Of a stretch of 36,436 bases of DNA, positions 29,349-36,436 are shown piece by piece. Below the pieces are notes generated by a model, which saw only the letters and a list, made by a program, of their open reading frames with translations, made no database searches and was not told the origin of the DNA. Location: assembly GCA_022865365.1 (NCBI GenBank), contig JALHSW010000101.1:1-36436 (forward strand). The letters are read 5' to 3'. This DNA is from Acidimicrobiia bacterium. Its GTDB lineage: Bacteria > Actinomycetota > Acidimicrobiia > IMCC26256 > PALSA-555. Position numbers and translations under genes: made by a program. Each line of letters begins with the position of its first letter. The first letter of the stretch is position 1.

Positions 29349-30640
29349 GCGCGCCCGAAGACCTCGTCATCACCGGCGGCGCGCCGATCCGGGGGCGCCT
29401 GCGCCTTCCCGGGTGCAAGGGGATCTCGCATCGGGCGCTCCTCTTCGGTGCCATCGCCGAGGGCGATTCGCGCGTTCGCGGGCTCGCATCCGGTCAGGAC
29501 GTCCGCAGCACTGCGAGAGCACTCGTGGCGCTCGGCGTGACGGTCCACGACATCGATGGCACGACGACCGTCGCCGGTCGGGGATTCGACGGTCTGGTCG
29601 AGCCCAGCACCGTGCTCGACTGCGGTAACTCGGCGACGACGATGCGCATGCTCACCGGGTTGCTTGCGGGGCGTCCTTTTCTCTCGGTCCTGACCGGTGA
29701 CGCCTCGCTGGTCGAGCGCCCCATGGCGCGCGTGGCAGCACCTTTGCGGACGATGGGCGCACGGATCGACGGGCGCCACGACGGCGAGCGCGCCCCACTC
29801 GTCGTGCGTGGAGGCGCGCTGACCGCCACCAGCATCCGCCTTCCGGCAGCGAGCGGTCAGGTGAAGACGGCGCTCGTCCTCGCCGCGCTCCAGGCGGCAG
29901 GCACGACCGAGATCGTCGAGCCGGCCCCGAGCCGCGACCACACGGAGCGCATGCTGGTTGCGAGCGGCGCCCCGATCCAGCGGATCGACGACCGGAGCTT
30001 GCGGGTCACTGGGGGTGCTCCGACTCCGTTCGATCTCGACGTGCCAGGAGATCCGTCGTCGGCAGCGTTCTTCGTCGTCGCGGCCGTGATCACGCCGGGC
30101 TCCGAGCTCCTCCTCGAGGACGTGCTGCTCAATCCCGGGCGGATCGAGTTCGTCGAGGTGCTCCAACGGATGGGCGCACACATCGAGCTGCACCAGCGCG
30201 ACACCCGGCTCGGTGAACCGGTCGGCGACATCGCCGTCACGTCCGGACCGCTCGGCGCGACCGTGGTCGACTGTCACGAGGCCATCATCGACGAGGTCCC
30301 GGCCCTCGCAGTTGCCGCCGCGTTCGCCGACGGCGTCACCGAGTTCCGGGAAGCGGCCGAGATGCGGGTGAAGGAGACCGACCGCATCGCCACGCTCGAG
30401 CAGGAGCTGTCGAAGCTCGGTGTGGGCGTGGAGGCCCGGCCCGACGCCATGACCGTCCGCGGGGGCGCGCCCCGCCGCGCCACGTTCGACAGTCACGGTG
30501 ATCACCGGATCGCGCGCGCCGCAGCAGTCGCGGCGAGCGCGTTCGACGGGGAGTCCCGCATCATCGGGTGGCGCGCCGCCGCCGTCTCGTACCCTGCGTT
30601 CGCCGACGATCTCGCCCGGCTCACCGGGAGTGGTACATGA
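29345..30640 (+). CDS. aroA: 3-phosphoshikimate 1-carboxyvinyltransferase (class II-like EPSP synthase) with atypical motifs
   Basis: PGCKGISHR, DCGNSATTMR, RPM, SGQVK, RDHTE, PGDPSSAAF, IDEVP, RVKETDR, DHRIA. Confidence 0.94.
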   Translation: MSAPEDLVITGGAPIRGRLRLPGCKGISHRALLFGAIAEGDSRVRGLASGQDVRSTARALVALGVTVHDIDGTTTVAGRGFDGLVEPSTVLDCGNSATTMRMLTGLLAGRPFLSVLTGDASLVERPMARVAAPLRTMGARIDGRHDGERAPLVVRGGALTATSIRLPAASGQVKTALVLAALQAAGTTEIVEPAPSRDHTERMLVASGAPIQRIDDRSLRVTGGAPTPFDLDVPGDPSSAAFFVVAAVITPGSELLLEDVLLNPGRIEFVEVLQRMGAHIELHQRDTRLGEPVGDIAVTSGPLGATVVDCHEAIIDEVPALAVAAAFADGVTEFREAAEMRVKETDRIATLEQELSKLGVGVEARPDAMTVRGGAPRRATFDSHGDHRIARAAAVAASAFDGESRIIGWRAAAVSYPAFADDLARLTGSGT

Positions 30641-31302
30641 AGCGCGTCGTCGCGATCGACGGTCCGTCGGGGGCCGGCAAGTCCACTGTCGCCCGGGGCG
30701 TCGCCGACGTGCTGGGCTCGAGCGTCCTCGACACCGGTGCCATGTACCGTTCGGCGACCCTGGCGGTGTTGCACCGCGGTGTCGACCCAGAAGATGCCGA
30801 GGCCTGCGCCGACGTCGCCCGCGCGGCCGACATCGACCTTCGCGACGGGATCCGCCTCGATGGTCGCGACGTCACCACCGAGATCCGCGGCCCGGCCGTC
30901 ACCGCAGCTGTCTCGACCGTCTCGGCCCACCCTGGGGTACGAGCCGTCCTGGTCGCCCGCCAGCGCGAGTGGGCCGACGCCCATGGAGGAGGAGTGATCG
31001 AGGGACGCGACATCGGGACCGTGGTATTTCCTGACGCGGCAGTGAAGGTCTTCCTCACTGCGAGCGATGCCGAACGGGCGCGCCGACGCCAACGAGACGA
31101 GGTTGCGGCGGCGCGCGAGGTCGACGTTGAACGCGTGCGCGAGGATCTCGATCGGCGGGACCGACTCGACTCCACGCGCAAGACGTCGCCATTGCAAGCC
31201 GCAGTGGACGCGTGGGTCGTCGACACGACGGAGCTCGCGATTCCCGAAGTCGTCGCGGAGATCGTCGAGCGCTACAGAGCGGCCACGGGTGCGCAGACAT
31301 GA
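30637..31302 (+). CDS. cmk: Cytidylate kinase
   Basis: IDGPSGAGKST, LDTGAMYR, EGRDIGTVVFPDA, RRDRLDSTR. Confidence 0.96.
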   Translation: MKRVVAIDGPSGAGKSTVARGVADVLGSSVLDTGAMYRSATLAVLHRGVDPEDAEACADVARAADIDLRDGIRLDGRDVTTEIRGPAVTAAVSTVSAHPGVRAVLVARQREWADAHGGGVIEGRDIGTVVFPDAAVKVFLTASDAERARRRQRDEVAAAREVDVERVREDLDRRDRLDSTRKTSPLQAAVDAWVVDTTELAIPEVVAEIVERYRAATGAQT

Positions 31303-31312
31303 TGGAGCAGGC

Positions 31313-31990
31313 ATGACCTTCTACGGCTTCGTTCGCGCGATCGTCCTTCCGCTCTGCCGGCTGCTGTTCCGCGTCCAGGTCGCCGGGTCGGAGCACATCC
31401 CGAGCTCGGGCGTGTACATCCTCGCTCCGTCGCACCGATTGATCCTCGACCCGGCGTTTGCCGCGTTCGCGACACCTCGGCGGGTCCGCTTCATGGCCAA
31501 GCGGGAGATCTTCACCACCCGTATCGGCCGGCGCCTGTTCTCGGCACTCGGCGCAATCGAGGTCGACCGGGGCTCGACCGACCGCCGAGCGCTGCGGGCG
31601 TCGCAGGCCGCGCTCGAGTCCGGCGAGCCCCTGGGCATCTTCCCCGAGGGAACGCGCCGTGACGGTCCTGCCATCGAGAACCTCTTCGACGGCTGCGCCT
31701 ACCTCGCACTGAAGCTCGACGTGCCGATGGTGCCGGTGGGGATCGGCGGGAGCGAGGCGATCATGCCGACGGGGCGGCTGCTCCCGAGGATCCGACGCGT
31801 CGCCGTCGTGATCGGTGCGCCGATCGAACCGCCGCAGACCACCGGAGTACGGCGACGATCCGAGGTGGGCGACCTGGCCGACGTCCTGCGTGAGCGCCTC
31901 CAGGTGTGCTTCGAGGAGGCGACCGCATGGGCCGCCGGAGCGCAGGCGCCGAGATCAGGCGTCGTTGCCGAGCGTCGCGAGGACGGCTGA
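31313..31990 (+). CDS. plsC: 1-acyl-sn-glycerol-3-phosphate acyltransferase
   Basis: HxxxxD (HRLILD), FMAK, IFPEGTR, VPVGIGG; SD GGAG. Confidence 0.9.
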   Translation: MTFYGFVRAIVLPLCRLLFRVQVAGSEHIPSSGVYILAPSHRLILDPAFAAFATPRRVRFMAKREIFTTRIGRRLFSALGAIEVDRGSTDRRALRASQAALESGEPLGIFPEGTRRDGPAIENLFDGCAYLALKLDVPMVPVGIGGSEAIMPTGRLLPRIRRVAVVIGAPIEPPQTTGVRRRSEVGDLADVLRERLQVCFEEATAWAAGAQAPRSGVVAERREDG

Positions 31991-33040
31991 CGCGTCGGTT
32001 CCGCGGTCGTCGCTGAACGGTCCGCCGCCCGTGCGTCCGGCCGCGGGATCGCCGCCAACGAGCAACGCCGCCACCGTGTCCAGCGTTGGCATGAGCTCGC
32101 GGAGCTCACGCGGCGGCGGGAAGTACTCGGCTTCCTCGGTCACAAAGACCGGCTCGACGCCATCGCGAGGCGCAAGCTTCGTGATGACGGCCTGCACCAG
32201 ATCCTCGGGCGCACTCGCGCCCGCGGTCACTCCGACGATCGACGCGCTCCCGAGTGCGGCGACATCGAGCTCTTCGGGCCCGTCGACGCGCAGGACGCGA
32301 GCACAGCCGGCCTCGTTGGCGACCTTCGCGAGCGCGATGGTGTTCGAGGAGTTCGAGCTGCCGATGACGATCACCGCGTCGGCCCGGATCGCGATCTCAC
32401 GCAGCGCGGCCTGCCGGTTGGTGGTGGCGAAGCAGAGGTCGTTGCGTGCGGCGGTCCACAGCTCGGGGAACTGCTCGCGGGCGCGCTCCATGATCCCCTC
32501 CCAATCGTGGAGGGCGAGCGTCGTCTGTGCGAGGAGTGCCACGCGCTCGGCGTCGTGGACGGTGGAGAGCACTTCGTCGAGGTCACCCTCCCGCTCGACG
32601 AGCCGCATCGCATCCCGTGCGACGGCGAGCGTGCCGACTGCCTCGTCGTGGCCCTCGTGGCCGACATACAGGATCGTGTAGCCCTTCGACGCCCGGACCT
32701 TGGCCTCGTGGTGCACCTTGGTGACGAGTGGGCAGACGGCGTTGACCACGAATCGCCCACGCTCGCGTGCGCTCGCGACGATCTCTGGCGCGCTCCCGTG
32801 CGCCGAGAGCATGAGCGGCGCGCCCGCGGGCACTTCGTCGATGTCGTCGACGAACATCACTCCGAGCTGGTGGAAGCGATCGACCACGAGCCGGTTGTGC
32901 ACGATCTCGTGGTAGCAGTACACCGGCGGATCAAACGCCCGCACCATCCAGGCCAACGCCTTGATGGCCATCTCCACGCCGGCACAGAAGCCGCGGGGCT
33001 CGGCGAGGAGCACGCGTTCGACCCGCGCGGGTTCGGCCAT
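31955..33040 (-). CDS. ispH: 4-hydroxy-3-methylbut-2-enyl diphosphate reductase
   Basis: PRGFCAGV, HEIVHN, SAHG, CPLVTKVH, HDE, AQTT, LCFATTNRQ, SSNSSN, TAGASAPE. Confidence 0.96.
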   Translation of the reverse strand: MAEPARVERVLLAEPRGFCAGVEMAIKALAWMVRAFDPPVYCYHEIVHNRLVVDRFHQLGVMFVDDIDEVPAGAPLMLSAHGSAPEIVASARERGRFVVNAVCPLVTKVHHEAKVRASKGYTILYVGHEGHDEAVGTLAVARDAMRLVEREGDLDEVLSTVHDAERVALLAQTTLALHDWEGIMERAREQFPELWTAARNDLCFATTNRQAALREIAIRADAVIVIGSSNSSNTIALAKVANEAGCARVLRVDGPEELDVAALGSASIVGVTAGASAPEDLVQAVITKLAPRDGVEPVFVTEEAEYFPPPRELRELMPTLDTVAALLVGGDPAAGRTGGGPFSDDRGTDASAVLATLGNDA

Positions 33041-33050
33041 GACCCAGCGT

Positions 33051-33101
33051 ACGCCGAAGGAGGGTGCACGCCGAAGCAGGGTGCACGCCGAAACAGGAGG
33101 G
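33051..33101. repeat. 17-bp direct repeat, three imperfect copies, in a divergent promoter region
   Basis: ACGCCGAAGGAGGGTGC / ACGCCGAAGCAGGGTGC / ACGCCGAAACAGGAGGG. Confidence 0.85.
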
Positions 33102-33107
33102 CGGGCT

Positions 33108-33129
33108 TCTACGGGTCGTCCCGTAGACT
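33108..33129 (+). promoter_or_regulatory. 8-bp inverted repeat overlapping the -10 element of the DUF512 gene
   Basis: TCTACGGG-tcgt-CCCGTAGA (33108-33127); TAGACT at 33124-33129, 7 nt before ATG 33137. Confidence 0.55.
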
Positions 33130-33136
33130 CATGTGC

Positions 33137-34510
33137 ATGCCGACCGCCCGCGTCACGGCGGTCGCGCCCGATTCTCCGGCTGCGTCCGTGGGGATGCTGG
33201 CTGGCGACGAACTCCTCAGCGTCAACGGCGAGACGGTGCGCGACGTCATCCAGTACCAGATGCACGCTGACGAGCCGCGCGTCGAGCTCGAGGTGCGGCG
33301 CGGCGGGCTGGAGCGCCAGATCGTCGTGGCCAAGGACGCGGGGGAGCCGCTCGGGCTCCAGCTGTCGAGCCCGGTCTTCGACCGCGTGCGCACGTGCGAC
33401 AACCACTGTCCGTTCTGCTTCATCTACCAGCTGCCGGCCGGGATGCGCCCGAGCCTCTCGGTGAAGGACGACGACTACCGCCTCTCCTTCCTCTACGGGA
33501 ACTTCACGACACTCACGCGCTTCACCGAGGCCGACCTGGAGCGGGTCGTGTCGGAGCGCCTCGGGCCCCTCTACGTCAGCATCCACGCGACCGACCCCGA
33601 GCTGCGGGCCCGGCTCCTGCGCAACCGCCGGGGGGCCACCAGCCTCCGCTGGCTCGGCGCCCTCCTCGAGGCGGGCATCGAGATCCACGGGCAGATCGTC
33701 GTGTGCCCCGACCTCAACGACGGGGACGCGCTCGACACCACGTTGCTCGGGATCCTCGACCGTTACCCGCGGCTCGCGACCGTGGGCGTCGTGCCGCTGG
33801 GCGTGAGCGCGCACACCGCAGAGCCCGAGCTCCGACCCCACACGGCCGCCGAAGCGGGTCGGGTCATCGACACCATCGAGACCTGGCAGCACCGATTCGC
33901 CCGCACGCTCGGGCGCCGGCTCGTGTACGCCGCCGACGAGTACTACCTGCTCGCCTCTCGGTCCTTTCCGGCGCTCGACGAGTACGACGACGTCGCGCAG
34001 CACGAGAACGGCATCGGCATGGCGGTCACCTTCAGCCGTGAGGTCGATGCGGCGCTCGCCGGCGCGACGGTCGACGGCGTGCGAGGGCGCACGGGGTTCT
34101 TCGCGTCGGTCGATGGCGCGCCGGCGATGGGGTATCGAGCGAACCGCGATGCGCCGGTAGCGTTCTGGGTTCGCTCGGAGCGCCCTATCGGCATCGTGAC
34201 GGGAGAGTACGGCCGGCGCGTGCTCGATCCACTTCTCGATCGCCTGTCGGCTGCCGCAGGCGTGCCGGTGCGCACCGTCCCGGTCGCGAACGAGTTCTTC
34301 GGCGGCAACATCGCGGTTACCGGCCTGCTCACCGGCTCCGACGTCGCGCGCGCGCTGGCCGAGCAGCCGGCCGGGGATCGCTACCTGCTCCCGGACGTCG
34401 TGCTCTCCGAGGGGCGGTTCCTCGACGACACCACGCCCGCGGATCTCCCACTCCTCGTCGAAGTCGTCCCGACCGACGGGGCCGCGCTCGTCGCCGCCGT
34501 GCGCGCATGA
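33137..34510 (+). CDS. DUF512 family PDZ/radical-SAM protein
   Basis: N-terminal PDZ-like (VAPDSPAASVGMLAGD), CDNHCPFC, KDDDYRLSFLYGNFTTLT, QHENGIG, GNIAVTGLLTG; directly upstream of der. Confidence 0.9.
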   Translation: MPTARVTAVAPDSPAASVGMLAGDELLSVNGETVRDVIQYQMHADEPRVELEVRRGGLERQIVVAKDAGEPLGLQLSSPVFDRVRTCDNHCPFCFIYQLPAGMRPSLSVKDDDYRLSFLYGNFTTLTRFTEADLERVVSERLGPLYVSIHATDPELRARLLRNRRGATSLRWLGALLEAGIEIHGQIVVCPDLNDGDALDTTLLGILDRYPRLATVGVVPLGVSAHTAEPELRPHTAAEAGRVIDTIETWQHRFARTLGRRLVYAADEYYLLASRSFPALDEYDDVAQHENGIGMAVTFSREVDAALAGATVDGVRGRTGFFASVDGAPAMGYRANRDAPVAFWVRSERPIGIVTGEYGRRVLDPLLDRLSAAAGVPVRTVPVANEFFGGNIAVTGLLTGSDVARALAEQPAGDRYLLPDVVLSEGRFLDDTTPADLPLLVEVVPTDGAALVAAVRA

Positions 34511-35835
34511 GCTTGCCCGTCGTCGCGATCGTCGGGCGACCGAACGTGGGGAAGTCGACGCTGGTGAACCGCATCGTCGGCCGGCGTGCCGCGATCGTGC
34601 AGGAGAAGCCCGGGGTCACCCGGGACCGCAAGGAGCTCGAGGCGAGCTGGTGTGGCCGGAGCTTCGTCGTCGTCGACACCGGCGGCTGGCTCCCGGCTCA
34701 CGCGGCCGCCGCCGACCCCGCAGTGCTGGTGCGCCAGGTCAGCGAGCAAGCCGAGCGCGCGATCGCCGAGGCCGACGTGATCCTGTGCGTCGTCGACGTG
34801 ACGGTCGGTGCCGTCGAGGAGGACGACGCCGTCGCCCGGGTGCTCCGCCGCTCCGGGAAGCCCGTCATCGTCGCGGTGAACAAGGTCGATGACGAACGCC
34901 GCGAGCCCGACACGTGGGCGTTCGCCCGCCTCGGACTCGGAACACCGTTTCCGATCTCGTCCGGCCACGGGCGGGGGACCGGCGAGCTACTCGACGCCGT
35001 CGTTGCCGCGCTCCCGCCCGAGACGGAGGACGCGGAGGATCCCGGGCCCGACGGGATCTTCTCGGTGACGATCGTCGGGCGTCCGAACGTCGGGAAGTCG
35101 ACGTTGTTCAACCGGCTGGTCGGCGATGACCGGTCGGTGGTGCACGACGAGCCGGGCACCACCCGCGACGCGATCGACACGATCATCGAGACCCCGGATG
35201 GACCACTGCGCTTCATCGACACCGCCGGCATGCGGCGCCGGAGCCGAATCGACGAGGCCACCGAGTACTACGGCCTCCTGCGCGCGCTCGAGGCAGTCGA
35301 TCGCGCCGATGCGGCACTGCTGGTGATCGACGCCGAAGCGGGCGTGACGCACCAGGACCAGCGACTCGCAGAGCGCGTCGACGCTTCGGGGACCGCGATC
35401 GTGGTCGTGCTCAACAAGTGGGACCTCGTCAAGGACGCCGACCAGCGTCGTCAGGTGCTCGAGGACGTCGCCGACCGGCTCGCGTTCCTCGGCTACGCGC
35501 CGGTGCTCAAGATCTCGGCGCTGACCGGCTCACGGTTCGACAAGCTGCTCCCGGCGCTCCGTGAGGCCGAGGAGGCATACCACCGCCGGATCCCGACCGC
35601 CGCACTCAACCGCCTCATGCAGGAGGCCCAGGCCCATCACCCACCGCCCGTGGTGAAGCGGCACCGGCCCCGGGTCCTGTACGCCACCCAGGGCGCCACC
35701 GACCCACCGACGTTCACCCTCTTTGCCACCCACGAGCTTCCGGCGACCTACCTCCGGTACCTCGAGCGTCGCATGCGGGAGGCCTTCGACTTCGGGCCGA
35801 CGCCGATCAAGCTTCGGGTCCGCCGCCGGGGGTGA
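34507..35835 (+). CDS. der: Ribosome biogenesis GTPase Der (EngA)
   Basis: Two GRPNVGKS P-loops, DTGG/DTAG, NKVD/NKWD, C-terminal KH-like domain. Confidence 0.98.
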   Translation: MSLPVVAIVGRPNVGKSTLVNRIVGRRAAIVQEKPGVTRDRKELEASWCGRSFVVVDTGGWLPAHAAAADPAVLVRQVSEQAERAIAEADVILCVVDVTVGAVEEDDAVARVLRRSGKPVIVAVNKVDDERREPDTWAFARLGLGTPFPISSGHGRGTGELLDAVVAALPPETEDAEDPGPDGIFSVTIVGRPNVGKSTLFNRLVGDDRSVVHDEPGTTRDAIDTIIETPDGPLRFIDTAGMRRRSRIDEATEYYGLLRALEAVDRADAALLVIDAEAGVTHQDQRLAERVDASGTAIVVVLNKWDLVKDADQRRQVLEDVADRLAFLGYAPVLKISALTGSRFDKLLPALREAEEAYHRRIPTAALNRLMQEAQAHHPPPVVKRHRPRVLYATQGATDPPTFTLFATHELPATYLRYLERRMREAFDFGPTPIKLRVRRRG

Positions 35836-35931
35836 CGGGAGCAGTGTCCGGTTCGGTGCACCGGCTGCACCTCCACGCCACGACCAGGGAGCTCGACCGG
35901 CGCGCCCCTCGCCGGGTGCTGGAATGGGCGA

Positions 35932-36180
35932 GTGCCCTGGTGTGACGAATGCGACCGCTTCCTGTCGCCCGCGAGCGTGCGCCGCGACGGGACGTGTCCG
36001 ACCTGCAGTCGACCGGTCGATCGCGGGAAGGCGAAGGGCGCAGCGGCCGCGCCGGCCGCGACGGACGAGGAGCCGCTCGAGCCCGTGCCGTGGCACTTCA
36101 AGCTCCTCCTGGCCGCGGTCGCGCTGTACCTCGGGTACCGAGCGTTCCAGGGCATCGAGTGGCTGGTCGGCCAGGGCTGA
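35932..36180 (+). CDS. Small zinc-ribbon membrane protein (hypothetical)
   Basis: CDEC...CPTC pair, C-terminal TM (PWHFKLLLAAVALYLGY); extended -10 TGCTGGAAT 6 nt before GTG. Confidence 0.75.
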   Translation: MPWCDECDRFLSPASVRRDGTCPTCSRPVDRGKAKGAAAAPAATDEEPLEPVPWHFKLLLAAVALYLGYRAFQGIEWLVGQG

Positions 36181-36230
36181 GCCGCCCGCCTGGAGAGCGC
36201 GCTGCGATTCCTGGGCGGGACGACGCGGGC

Positions 36231-36436
36231 TCATCCGGTGTCGGGGGGTGGCGCCCGGTCGGGGGGTGTGAGCCACCAGCCGGTGTGGTGGATCTCGAGG
36301 CCGTCGGTGGCGTGACAGCCTTCGATACGACAGTGAGGGTCGCGCCATTCGATGGCGGTGTTGAGGAACGTGTCGCCGCTTCGGCCGAGGTGCGCGATGT
36401 GGGTGACGTCGCGGCCGTGGGTGAGGACCACGTCGA
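36231..36436 (-). CDS. 3' end of an HNH-endonuclease-signature (DUF222-like) protein, HNH domain apparently internally deleted
   Basis: HLGRSG...AIEWRDPHCRIEGC...LEIHHTGWW then stop; frame open to window edge. Confidence 0.65.
   Translation of the reverse strand, partial: DVVLTHGRDVTHIAHLGRSGDTFLNTAIEWRDPHCRIEGCHATDGLEIHHTGWWLTPPDRAPPPDTG

Noticed and set aside
31432-31450. plsC HRLILD instead of HRSxLD
   Set aside because: Catalytic HxxxxD is intact; a single substitution at a variable position
33051-33101. Short repeats (also 14738-14788) as CRISPR arrays
   Set aside because: Tandem units without spacers, too short, no cas genes

Overview
GC-rich actinobacterial chromosome segment, most consistent with class Acidimicrobiia (inferred from gene content and order). 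It runs from the 3' end of an rRNA operon (23S tail, 5S) through a largely housekeeping block: TPR protein, secondary SSB, korAB, DUF1015, TPR, HAD-IIA, tlyA, NAD kinase, recN, steA, steB (interrupted by an in-frame TGA), an uncharacterised envelope cluster (MurJ-like flippase, alkaline-phosphatase-fold membrane protein, MraY/WecA-like transferase, GT-C transferase), pyrG, nudF, xerD, DksA-like, site-2 protease, HD protein, trpS, scpAB, rluB, aroH, tyrA, aroA, cmk, plsC, ispH, DUF512 radical SAM, der, a small Zn-ribbon membrane protein and the end of a degenerate HNH gene. No CRISPR array, tRNA, prophage or intact IS was seen. Best leads: the steAB-linked lipid-carrier glycan cluster, an EPSP synthase with a CP4-like Gly-to-Ala change plus other active-site substitutions, a possible CTP-sensing start-site switch on leaderless pyrG, a PafBC-type promoter on ssb2, the nonsense codon in steB, and a short SD-led uORF before tlyA. 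All calls come from reading motifs by eye; no searches were run.
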